In this document: in pieces, positions 52,474-64,000 of the stretch
How the letters are laid out: each line of letters opens with the position of its first letter
How positions within the stretch are numbered: the first letter of the stretch is position 1
Origin: the human T2T-CHM13v2.0 reference genome, Homo sapiens
DNA length: 64,000 bases
Assembly: GCF_009914755.1 (NCBI RefSeq)
Contig: NC_060944.1
Strand: one strand, 5' to 3'
Made by a program: the position numbers and the translations under genes
Notes under the pieces: model-generated
Database searches by the model: none
The model's input: the letters and a program-made list of their open reading frames with translations, nothing else
What the model was told of the DNA's origin: nothing

Positions 52474-52479
52474 TTTAAT
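52474..52479 (-). terminator. SUN5: Probable SUN5 poly(A) signal ATTAAA overlapping the stop codon
   Basis: Minus strand reads GAT TAA AAT, i.e. ATTAAA; no other obvious hexamer just downstream. Confidence 0.65.
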
Positions 52480-52630
52480 CTCTCTTAGGGTAGGGGTTCT
52501 GGTGAGGCTGCTCTCTGGGCGGGGCCACAGAGCCATGCACTCGCACGCGGTACAGGCAAGTGAAGCCTGGGTTCCCCCAGTTGCTTGAGATCTTCACCTT
52601 GACCGCACTGAAAGCCCGGGCCGGCTGGTT
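52475..52630 (-). CDS. SUN5: SUN5 terminal coding exon
   Basis: ctcttccag|AAC; NQPARAFSAVKVKISSNWGNPGFTCLYRVRVHGSVAPPREQPHQNPYPKRD* (SNWG...TCLYR.RVHG SUN C-terminal motif); TAA at 52475-52477. Confidence 0.96.
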   Translation of the reverse strand, partial: NQPARAFSAVKVKISSNWGNPGFTCLYRVRVHGSVAPPREQPHQNPYPKRD

Positions 52631-53779
52631 CTGGAAGAGAATCAGTCACAGAGGCAGCTCACCCATAGACTCCCACCCTGCCTTTCCAAAGGTGGGGAGT
52701 GGAAGGGAAGTTTCCCATTTCATAGGTGGGAAAACTAAGGCCCAGACAGGAGGATGGACTGTCCCAAGGCCTCACAGCAAGTCGATATTCAGGAGCTCTT
52801 ACTGAAGATGCTGAGGCCAGAAGGACAGACATGCTGTGGGTAAGGAAATGTCCTGGCCTTAATGCTGTGGGATCTTGGGCAAACCTCCACCCTTTCTGGG
52901 CCTCAGTCTCCCACTCCTGCCCTGCCCCGCCCGTAAGATGGGAATGGTAATATCTGCTTCCCAGGATTGCGGTGGGCATGAAATGAGATTTTGGGAACAG
53001 GCGGCCTCTAGAAGAGAATCATTCACAGAGGCAGCTCATCCACAGACTCCCGGCACATAGTAAGTTCTCTGTAAGTGAGGCCCCTCCCCGTTTTTGCCAA
53101 GCAAGAGGGGGTGGAGCCTGTGTTTATTACTCTCCCTATCTAGTGTAAAAAGTGGGGCGGGCTTGGCCTTCACTGAATGTTTTCAACCTCCCAGGGAATG
53201 ACAGAAGGGGAAAACTGAGGCTCCAGAGAAGCAGGGCTTGGCCCAAGCTCACACATAATTTGTGGTTGGGCAGAAATTCGGGCCAGTATGGGTTTGATTC
53301 CCAAGCCTGAACCTTCACCCTGTCAAGCCCCAGGGCCATTCCAGTGGTCACTCCTCCGGACCTGCTTCTGTCTCCAAACCCCTCTCCTTCAGGCCTCAGT
53401 TTCCCCACCTGTGGTTGGATCCAGTGATAATTATGGGGCCACCCACTACGGAGACTCTACCTTTGGAGCCAGCAGCCCCTGCCCAATGGGAACCTCTTGC
53501 TCAGCGTCTGCTGTCCCCGGGAAGAAACACAGCAAGAGGGCTCCTGGGCTCATCAGGAAAAAGGGGACATGGCCACAGGCGGTGGGATCTCCCTGGAGTC
53601 CCATTTGGCCCTGGGTAGCGGCTCCTACTCTCTGAGCCTCAGTTTCCTTGCCTGTCAAACAGGTTAGTCATGACTGGGCACCTCCTGGGGATACTGGGGG
53701 ATGAAGAGGGGGTCCCTGGGTACAGACTGCACACTGTGCATTCAGCAGGTGCTCAGCACAGGCAGCTCTTCGCAGGTAC

Positions 53780-53866
53780 CTGGAGTGGGAACATCTGGAT
53801 GATGTTTTCTGGCTGAAACTGAAATGCCCCCAGGAACACCTCCTCCTTGGGGGAGCCCTCCATGCC
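53780..53866 (-). CDS. SUN5: SUN5 coding exon (87 nt)
   Basis: ccacag|GGC; GMEGSPKEEVFLGAFQFQPENIIQMFPLQ; CAG|gtacct. Confidence 0.94.
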
Positions 53867-54416
53867 CTGTGGAACCAGAACCAAGGTGAAGGCGTCAGAT
53901 ACAAGCAGGGCCCTCAGAGGGTGTCTCCCCTCTCCAGTGGAGACTTGCACACTCCCCAGGATGGGAGCTCACTACCTCTTTGGGCACCGTTTCACTGTGG
54001 CACAGTGTAATGAATAGGAAAGAGCACTGGCCTGGGAGTCAGAGCCTGGGGGTCTATGACTAGCTCTGCCATTGACTTGTAGGATTAGGGTGTTTCCCTG
54101 ATCCTTCTCTGGACCTTATTTCACCGAGACAGTTCAGATAACGCTTCGGACCTTCTTAGCAAAATGGGGGCTCCATGGTCTCTGAAGATTATCTCGGCTC
54201 TGAAAAGCTTGGTTTAAAATAGAGTAGCTGTTTATCCCCTACCCTTGAAGGCTGAAATTGGACCCCAGCGCTGGCCACTTCCAGCCTTAACCAAGCTGCA
54301 TTCAGCCCCTCCAGCCTGCAAGTGTTGTGCAGACACTGTTTACCCCAGGCCTGGAATATCACCATTGGAAGGTTGTCCCTTTAGCTAAGCATAGCTCCCT
54401 GCAGGGGAGTGCTCAC

Positions 54417-54584
54417 ATAGATGACGAAGTCCTTGGGGGCGGTGTCCAGGCTGCCTGACAATGAGATGGTCTTGGGGATGTGCTGCAGCGTGAGGTTGGA
54501 CAGGTAAACCTTCTGAGCCAATTGGATGGTCACCTGGCCGCGGTCACCCTCAAAGGCCCAGCAATTGCCAGGTGTCACGTTGGG
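54417..54584 (-). CDS. SUN5: SUN5 coding exon (168 nt), SUN domain core
   Basis: cttctag|CCC; PNVTPGNCWAFEGDRGQVTIQLAQKVYLSNLTLQHIPKTISLSGSLDTAPKDFVIY (PG.CWAF and APKDF motifs); TAT|gtgagc. Confidence 0.96.
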
Positions 54585-54835
54585 CTAGAAGAGGCAAGTA
54601 CAATAAGGGATATGCTGGGTGGGTAGGGGGATCATCCCACCTTTGATCCCCTGTACTTCCTGGGACCTCCTGGGTGAGCCAGTCCTTTCTTGTCTCCAAA
54701 GCTTGGCTCAAGTGCCACCCCCTCCAGGAAGCTCTCCTGACTACCCATGCAGGGGGTAAGCCTTACTTCAGTTCAATGCAGTAAGGGAGGGGCCTGCTTG
54801 GGACCTCCCAGCCTCCACCCGCTCCCCACTGGCAC

Positions 54836-54890
54836 CCATTCATTCATTCATTTACTCACTCACTCATTCATTCATTCACTCATTCATCCC
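54836..54890. repeat. (TTCA)n repeat, L2-tail-like
   Basis: cattcattcattcatttactcactcactcattcattc. Confidence 0.8.
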
Positions 54891-56340
54891 TCCCATTATT
54901 CTTTACATGGTCTTACAATCACCCCATGACTTAGGCATCATCACTATCCCCGTTTTGAAGGTGAGGAAACTGAGTTGGGGGAGCAGGACAATGACTGGTC
55001 CAGGGCCATGCAGAGCTGGAAGTGCAGCCCAGGGAATCTGACCTTGGAACTTGCCATTAAGCACCACGATCTCCTGCCCCACAGACGGGGAAACAGGCCC
55101 AGGGAGAGAAAGAGGTTTGATGGAAATCACCCAGGAAAGGCGATTACTCGGTCGGTTCTGAGCTTCTGGAGCCATGGCATGGACAGTCCTTATTTGAACA
55201 GTGGATGCTAGCCCAGGGGTGCAGGGGGCTGTGGGTGTCAGGGAAGGCCTCCTGAGGAGCTGGGGCCAGGGGAGATGAGGAGCCAGCTGGGAAAGGGAGC
55301 TAAGGGAACAGCACGGGAAAGGACCAGGGGCGAGCCAGGCTTGATGATGTGAGGACCTGGAGAGCTCAGTCAGGCTGGAGCTGGGAGAGGGCCCAGGAGG
55401 GGCAGAGTCTTGGCTGGGCTGCTTTTCACTACTGCTCCAAACCTGACTGCAGCCAGCGCTTTGCAACCCAGCCACTGCCCGCCGCGTCCCCCGCCCCAGC
55501 CTGGATGTGTGCACCACCCCCCACTCCCGGGCCCTGTGCTTGGCCTGTGCCCCTGCGTTCTATCTGCCTGCGGATCTGCTAGTCCTCGGCTGCGGCCACC
55601 AGGAAGCCCCTTGCCCCGTCCAAGCTGAGCAAGGCCAATGCCCCAGCTTGACCTCGAGTGCCAAGATCTTGGAGCTCCTTAAGGTAGAACCCACGGATGA
55701 GTGGCCTGTGACCTTTTGGCATCACCCAGGGTGTGCCACTGGGATGACACTCTCAGCCAGTGTTCACTGAATGAAGGCACCTGCTTTGTGACCAGGACAA
55801 GCCCTTTCCTTCTCTGGGCCTCATTTTCCTCATCTGTGAGGCAGGATCCTGGAGGGCTGAAGAGCTCAGGTTTGAACTCTGGCTCTGCTACATACTAGTG
55901 ACCAGCTCTGTGGCCACAGTCAAGTGACCTGGCTCTTTGAGCCTCAGTTTCCTTTTCTGCAAAATGGGTCTATGATGGGCCCATGCCCAGTGTAGTCCTG
56001 AGGTTTCTCTGACCCTCAAATCTTAAGGGCTGAGTGGTGGGGTCCCTCCCAATGCCAAAGCAAGCTGTCCCTCTGTTTCGCTCCTACCCTAGCCCCAGCA
56101 GCCCCTGCTGTCTGTTCTCACCTCCTGCCCCCGCCTTCTCCCCAGCCCCCGCCTTGTCAGTAGCCCCCTCCTTCTGCTCCCTGCCTTTGCCCCTGCATCT
56201 GTCTCCTGCTCCTACCTCTAACCCCGCCCCTGCCCCCACTCCCTTTGCTCCCACCCCCTACCTCTTCTGCCAGCTCCTGTCCCCAAACCCTGCCCGGACC
56301 ACTCCCCTGCCGCTGTCCCATCTCCCGCCATCCCCCCTGC

Positions 56341-56456
56341 CTCAAGGATCACGTCTGGGGGCTGTGCGTAGTTCCACAGCTGGATCCAGTTCCAGTAGGA
56401 GTGGGCCTTCTCATGGTTATAGGTGACTGACGTGTGCTCAAAGTCAATGCTGGCCC
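56341..56456 (-). CDS. SUN5: SUN5 coding exon (116 nt)
   Basis: cctatacag|GG; GASIDFEHTSVTYNHEKAHSYWNWIQLWNYAQPPDVILE; donor is GAG|gcaggg (GC-AG intron). Confidence 0.92.
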
Positions 56457-56634
56457 CTGTATAGGAGAAGGGGGTCTCAGCCAAGCAGCCGGGCTTCTGC
56501 CTGGTGGAGGGGACGCCACTGATGGGCCCTGACTATGTGCCGGGCGAGCATTTTGGATGAGTCACTGGCCCTGTTCTCCTCTAGGAAATGTGATTACAGC
56601 CATGTTAATAATGGTAATCATGGTGGCTATTATT

Positions 56635-56746
56635 TTTTATTTTATCTTATATTTTTTGAGATGGAGTCTTGCTCAGTCCCCAGGCTGGATTGCAGTGGCG
56701 CGATCTTGGCTCACGGCAACCTCTGCCTCCCAGGTTAAAGCAATTC
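56635..56746 (-). mobile_element. Severely 5'-truncated Alu
   Basis: About 95 nt of right arm; 17-bp TSD tcatggtggctattatt. Confidence 0.88.
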
Positions 56747-57098
56747 TCATGGTGGCTATTATTAGCAGAGCCATGGTGGTGGCAACGGCCCCCACGTCAT
56801 AGGGCTGCTGTGGCGCTGAGATGAATCATCAGAGCACGTTTCCCAAAGTGCCTGGCACAGGGTAAGCGCTCCCCACGTAACAGTCTTGTGATGACGACCG
56901 ACACCCATTGTGCAGAGGAGGAAATTCCAGCTCTGAGAGGCTAAGTGAGGCCCAGTGTCACTCAGGGGCTGGGCTGACACTATCTGACCCCGCGTCTCAC
57001 TGATCCTGGGGGTGCCCGAGTTGGAGGTGCTGCCTGGTAGGGGTTTGCGTTGGGGGCAGCCTGCGGCCCATACTTTGCCTCCTCCCAGCTGTCCCTGA

Positions 57099-57905
<807 letters not shown>

Positions 57906-58300
57906 GAAGCACTGATTCTTGACTGTGGGTTGGAGATGGCTCTGTCTTGCTGACCTGTGTGCCCAGCATCGGGTTTGGAGAAGAGTGGTGGGTGGGGGTG
58001 GTGGAGAGGTAAAGCCAAGAACAGCCTAAGCACATAGTAGGGTCTTTATAGATCTTCTATAATGTTGAGGGCCTGTGGATTCCCGTGTTCCCTCCCACCC
58101 CACCCCACCCCTACCCCCATACCCCACCCCGTCCCAGAACCCCTTGAGAGAAAACAAAATTGTAGCAAGAAAACCAGCTTGGAACAGAGGATGAACTTCC
58201 CAGCGGCAGAGGGAGTACCACACCAGAACTGAAACCCACCCTGTGTACAGCTTCCCAGGACACTTGAGACAGTCAGATGGTGGGGAAGGGGGTCACCTAC

Positions 58301-58379
58301 CTATAGACTTCAGGGCAAAGTCTGGCTTTTCGATGTAATCTCCGTGTATCATCTTCATTATTTTCTGGGCCATTTTTTG
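58301..58379 (-). CDS. SUN5: SUN5 coding exon (79 nt), entry into the SUN domain
   Basis: ttttcag|CAA acceptor; QKMAQKIMKMIHGDYIEKPDFALKSIG (DFAL.S.G SUN motif); G|gtaggt donor. Confidence 0.93.
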
Positions 58380-59060
58380 CTGAAAAGGCAGAAAACACAA
58401 GTTGTGCCCTGGTGTGTTGTCACGGACTGTGATCCCCACGTGTCCATGGGAGGTAACGGGGCTGCAGGACGCTGTCCTCTCCCTAACAGCCCACCCCTGC
58501 CTGTGGAAGCCTGTGGCTCTGTGAAAGCCCAGGTGACACAAAGCCATCCTGACCCCACCCTGGGTTCACTGGGTGCTTTCAAGTCCACTGTGACCAGATG
58601 TCATATGGAGGTCCCGGAGTCTCAGTGAGGTTCAGGCAGGGGCTCTGACGTCAGGCCAACTTTTACTGTTGTGGGGCCTTGGGCAACTTACTGCCCCTCT
58701 GAGTCTCGATTTTCTTACCTGTAAGACGGGGACAATAATCGTGTCTACCTCCCACTGTGGATCTGTAAAGCCCCTACTATGTGCCAGGGCTATCCTCGGC
58801 TTCACATATGCTCACCCTATCCCCTCCCAGCACCCCTAAGAAGTATGCACTATTATCATCCTTGTATTAAAGATGAGAATACTGAGGCACAAAGGTGTAG
58901 CTTGTTCAAGATCACCCAGCTGGTATGAGGCAGAGCGATCACTGTGGTTCCAGAGTTCAGGCCCTTAACCGCTCCACTCTGCTGCCAGATGCGGATGGCA
59001 AAGCACTTAGCACAGTAGGTGCACAATAAATACCAGCTGTTCTTTTTATTAGACTCTTCA

Positions 59061-59609
59061 CAGTGGTGGAAGATTCTGTTTTCCAAAAATGGCTGCAACA
59101 AGGTCTCCCATTCCAGGCTCTTCTTTCAGTGTGACCTCCCACTGAGAGTTGGGGTCTAAGCTCCCTTCCCACCAGTCTGGGCTAATGACTTGGCAGAAGT
59201 GATGCTGTGTGACTTCTAGGGCTAAGTCCTAAAAAATGATACAGCACTGCCTGGTTCTCTGGGGACAGCCACTCCTGGAGGCCAGCTGCCATGTTGAGAG
59301 GAAGCCCAGGCCACACGGAGAGGCCACAGATGGGTGCTTTGATCAACAGCCGTAACTGAGTCCCAGTTGACAGCCAGCATCAATCTCCAGTCACGTGAGT
59401 GAATCCAGATGATTCCAGCCCCAGATGTAGAGTCACCTCCAGCCTTCAAGTCTTCCCAGCTGAGGCCCCAGATACCATGGAACACAGACAAGCCATCTCC
59501 ACTGTGTCCTGTCTGAATTCCTAACCCACAGAATCTCTGAGCACAAGTGGTTGTTTCACACCCCTAAGTTTTGGGATGGTTTGCTATGTGGCAATGGTAA
59601 CTAGAACAA
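59061..59609 (+). mobile_element. MLT1 (MaLR) LTR
   Basis: aaaatggctgcaa, gaagtgatgctgtgtgacttc and ggtttgctatgtggcaat..taactagaaca motifs. Confidence 0.8.
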
Positions 59610-60789
59610 TAGCCAGGGTGTTACAAGACAGTGATTACGATTCTATCTTGTTGATGTGCAAACTGGAGGCTCAGAGAAGTTGATGACCTGCCTGAGGTTA
59701 CACAGCTCCAAAAGGCAAAAAAATCCCCAACTCCTCCCCTCGTTGACTGGGGACAATAATCTCACCTATTACTTTTCAAAACTGGGTCGCCAACCCCAAG
59801 GAATTTCCCCGATGGCCCCCACCCTTTCTCTGCCCCAAGGCTGAGTGCAGTCTTCTTCTCTGGGATCCACAGGTGCTGGGACTGGCTTGAGGGCAAGGAC
59901 GAGCTCTAGTTGATCCCCGATCCTGGATCCCCAGCACGCAGTAGGCACTTAATGATTGCACATTGATGAGTGCATGCCTTTGGATTCTGCCTTTGTTTAA
60001 ATGCAACACACATTTAGGGAGCACTCACCATAGGACAGACATTAGTCTAAGTTTACATGAATTACCATGTTTAATCCTTACAACTCATCTTCTAGATGAA
60101 GAAACTGAGGCACAAAGACGGTAAGTAAATTGACCAGAGTCACACAGCTTATAGGTGGTGGGGATGAAATTCAAAGCCTAGCAGCCTGACTCTAGAGCCA
60201 GTCCTTATAATCACTATACCTTACTGCCTTTGTAAGTCATAGCGGGGCTTCCCTCCCCACTGCAGAGGAAACACCTGCCAAGAGCCTCACTTGACAGTGA
60301 GTGACTGACACGGTCTCTCCTCCTGGGTCTGTCTGAATAGAGCTTAGAGGGGAGATTCAGGGGCACTGGAGACCTAGGACTTTGGGACAATAAAAGATAA
60401 AGATGAGTTTTAGCAAATTTTGCTGAATCTTGCACAATGGAATTTATCTTTGTGAACTCTTTTAAAAATTCAACTTCTAGGTAAAGTTGATGGATCGAAG
60501 ACATCACGTAATTTTAGTTTCTCCCAACACTCCATTACAGCTTCAGTAAAGGGATTTGAAAAGACCCAAACCCATATGAACAGGAAGCACAGGAGAGGAG
60601 AAAACCAGGCTGCTGCGTATGGTTGTGCACGTTGCGCACAGCAGAAAGGTTCCCAGTTGAGGGGCCCTGTGTGGGTGCTGAAACCCAGCTCTTCCCCTGT
60701 TCTTTGATTTGGAGGAAGGTGCATTTTGCAAATTCATCTGCCCAGCACAGATAGCTTTTTCCAGTCTGCAAAAAGGCACAATGTGTCCC

Positions 60790-60979
60790 AGCAGTGGCCC
60801 TGGAGACAGCAGCAATATTCTGGAAGTTGTCCTACACCTTGTAGGATGTTTAGCAGCATCCTTGGCTACCCACTAGATGCCAGTAGCGTCTCCTCCTCAC
60901 ATTGTAACAACCAAATATATCTCCAGACATTGCTGGATGTTCCCCAGGGGGCAAAATAATCCCCAATTGAGAACCACTG
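60790..60979. mobile_element. MER20 (hAT-Charlie)
   Basis: tgtaggatgtttagcagcatcc...cactagatgccagtag...gagaaccactg. Confidence 0.82.
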
Positions 60980-61229
60980 ATTTAGCAGAAATGAGAAATC
61001 TGAATCTGAAACTGGCCATCCTCAAAAAGCTCAGGATTGGTGGCCTTAGGTGCCCCTGAAATTGGGGTAGAGAATTGGGTGTTAAGACAGTTAAGAGGAA
61101 TCTGCATATTCCCTGGGGACTCCCTCTCACTCTGAGAAGCTGAGTGGACTTCTCTGTTCCCCAGTAGAAGACTAGAAGTTATTCTCTGGAGAGGGTAAAA
61201 CAGAAGGGCTCTGTTGGGACAGGTGAAGG

Positions 61230-61770
61230 TTTCTTAAATAGGATACCCAAAGCACTGCACAAAAAACATAGATACACTGGACTTAATTAAAATTAGACAT
61301 TTTTGTTCATCACCATTGAGAGTGAAAAGCCACGCTATAGCCTGGGAGGAGATATTTGCAATATGTACATCCAATAAAATATGTTTACCCAGAACACAGA
61401 AGAACTCCGACATATCAATAAGAAATGGCACTCTCCCCCAAAAGGCAACAGACAAAATCCAAATGGCCGCTGGATACATGAAAAGACACTCCACATTATT
61501 AACAACCAGAAATGCAAATTAAAGCCATAGTGAGATACCACTTCTCACCCTGCAGAATAAAGTAAAAAAGACATATGACACCAATTGCTGGTGAGAATGT
61601 GGGACAACTGGAATTTGCATATATTTTTCATGGGAGCGTAAATTGAAAAACTATTTGGCAGCATCTAATAACATGAACACACTCATACCTCATGATCCAG
61701 CAATTCCACTCCTAGTTATATCTACCGCCAAGATCAATAAGTATATATGTTCACCCAATGATATGAAAAA
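61230..61770 (+). mobile_element. L1ME-like 3' fragment
   Basis: gaaatgcaaattaa and gatccagcaattccactcctag. Confidence 0.7.
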
Positions 61771-62377
61771 AAATTATAATTGTTCAGGAGCAGACATTCA
61801 AACAACAGGAGCTTCAAAAATAAGAATAGAGCAAATGCTGCTGTGGGAAATCACCAATTTAGTCACATGAATAAATAACATTTCTTAGGCCCAAAGGCCA
61901 GGAGTTTCCAGATTGACGGATTCCAAAGGGTGGCCAGCCCATAGGCACATCTGTGGAAGCAACAAGGACCAGATGAACTAAAATTCTGCAGAGCAGAAAA
62001 CCATTCTGAGATGTGCTGGCATTTTTTGTCCATTTGTTTTAAATCTCTGGGGGTATTTGACGATTCTAGGCATGGGCTAAGGATCTGGGCTTAGGCCAGA
62101 CAATGGGCTGCTGCTACCGGTGAAAGAGAAGGAAGCAAAGTTCTTAATGGTGACAAAGAGCTAAAGTAACAAAACTGGGGACTTGAGGAGCCTCAAATAT
62201 GGCCACTTTTCTTCACAAGGTATTAACTGAATTTCAAGACTATAGGAGGCTATAGGCCACTTCAAACATTTCTGAAAAGCAGAATAAAACTTCATATCTT
62301 CACAGTGCTTAGGAAACGAAGTCCCTTTGAGGGAGGGCACCGCAAAACACAACAAGCAAGAGATCAAGGCCTTAGAA

Positions 62378-62574
62378 CAGTGATTCTCTCTGGTATATGT
62401 CAGAACCACCTGGAAGGCTTGCTGGAACACAGATGATTGGTTTGCATCTTCAGAGCCTCTGATTCAGAAGGTCTGAGTGAGGCCTATTAATTCGAATTGT
62501 TAACATTTTCCCAGGTGATACTGATGATGCAGGCACGTGGGCCGTGGGCCGTACTTTGAGATTCATTACCCTAG
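62378..62574. mobile_element. MER5 (hAT-Charlie)
   Basis: tcagaaccacctgg..ctgattcag..ttcccaggtgatactgatg. Confidence 0.75.
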
Positions 62575-62979
62575 AAGGGGTGGTGATGAGTCAATACTGT
62601 GCTTCAGCTGCACTTCACCTGGGGGCACTAAACCAATCCTGAGCACAATTAGAACCCAGGAATCCAAGTTTGCTCCTGGCGGAGAAGGCTGCCACCAGGC
62701 CCAGAGATTTTTGCGTTCATGCAGGGGTGAGAGACACATTTGGAGACTTGTGAGGCCTCAAACATACAGTAAGTCTGCCACTAAGACAGTTGTCAAATTT
62801 TTGAAGCTGCATGGGAAGGAGTCTAAAGAGTTAAGCTTAAAACCTCTGGATAAATTTTTTTAAAATTGTGATCCAGGTCTGTCTGAACTAGCTTAGTGCA
62901 TGTCTAGATAGAAGTGACCAGTCTATTTCATCCTCCTTATAAAGAAAAGGGGAACTTTCTCTAGTGGAATTATAATTAT

Positions 62980-64000
62980 TTGGAACAGCTACAGTTCTTT
63001 TGTATACAATGTTGAGAAACCACTAAAAGTTACTAGACTTGAAGAGGCAAGACCATATCATTGATACCCAAGATAAAAAGCAGAAAACAGAGGGAGGCCA
63101 CAGATGATCCAGACATTGGAGTTAGCAGACAAGGATTTTTAAAATAACTGTTGCTAATGTGTTAATTAAAATAAAGGAAAAGATGGACAACATAGGTGAA
63201 ATGTTGGGGAATTTCACCACAGAATTAAAGTCTGTGAAAAAAATCAAATGTATATCCTAGAACTAAAAACAATGCAGTATCTGAAATTAAGAACTAAGGC
63301 TGGATGCAGTGGCTCACGCCTGTAATCTTAGCACTTTAGGAGGCTGAGGCAGGTGGATCACTTGAGGTCAGGAGTTCAAGACCAGCCAAGTCGACATGGT
63401 GAAACCCTGTCTCCACTAAAAATATAAAAATTAGCTGAGCGTGGTAATGTGCACCTGCAATCCCAGCTACTCAGGAGGCCGAGGTGTAGGATTCGCTTGA
63501 ACCCAGGAGGCGGAGGTTGCAGTGAGCTGCCTGGGCGACAGAGGGAGACTCCATTAAAAAAAAAAAAGAACTAAATGCATGGATTTAATAATAAATTGGA
63601 GAGACAGAATGATGCAAGATTATTAGTAAACCTGAAGAAAGGTTAATAGGAAAATATCAAAACATAAGCACATAACAGAAAAAGAATGAAAAAACAAACC
63701 AGGTAATAGCGTAGGAATCACATAAAGCACTCTAAAGGCTTTCAAAGCATAGGCCTAGCATAGGTGTAATTAGAATCCAAGGAAAGGAGACAGATAATGG
63801 AAAGAAGAAATATTTTAAGAGATAAAAGGTAAAAGTTTCCCAAAACTATTGAAAAATATCAACCCACAGATTTAATAAGCTCGGCAAACCACAAACCAGG
63901 TTATATGAGGAACATTAGAGACAAAAAGATTTTTCTACAAGCTCCCAGGGATAAAAAATAGATCATACTCAAAGGATCAATAATAAGAGTGCCATTAGAC
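62980..64000 (+). mobile_element. Old L1/HAL1 ORF1 region with an Alu (63298-63567; ~25-bp deletion in the right arm)
   Basis: gagttagcagacaaggattttaaaataac L1 motif; Alu TSD aagaactaa. Confidence 0.7.

Overview
Human/hominoid genomic DNA that I recognise as the EFCAB8-SUN5 interval (chr20q11.21; gene order DNMT3B-MAPRE1-EFCAB8-SUN5-BPIF cluster is recalled knowledge, not visible here). Two testis-type genes converge tail-to-tail. On + are the last exons of EFCAB8: a probable exon end at 1-16, coding exons 12322-12490 (WD40 repeat), 27102-27231, 28459-28663, 28744-28842 and 29817-30290, and AATAAA at 30487. On - are the last five coding exons of SUN5/SPAG4L (SUN domain): 58301-58379, 56341-56456, 54417-54584, 53780-53866 and 52475-52630. 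All exon junctions were checked by hand for splice dinucleotides and phase. The rest is mostly interspersed repeat: about 30 Alus, old L1 blocks filling 1-26.6 kb, MIR/L2, DNA transposons, THE1/MLT1 MaLR LTRs, and six ERV solo LTRs (five clear, one probable) in the 22-kb intergenic gap. I find no new multi-gene system. The most notable features are fine-scale: a weak GC-AG donor in SUN5 followed by a G-run tract, a 44-bp duplicate of the SUN5 terminal acceptor, a SUN5 poly(A) signal overlapping the stop codon with an opposite-strand AATAAA beside it, a recursive-splice-type EFCAB8 exon, competing stop-generating splice sites in EFCAB8, an adjacent LTR7/LTR6 pair, and several templated-duplication scars. 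Repeat boundaries and subfamily names are by eye and approximate.
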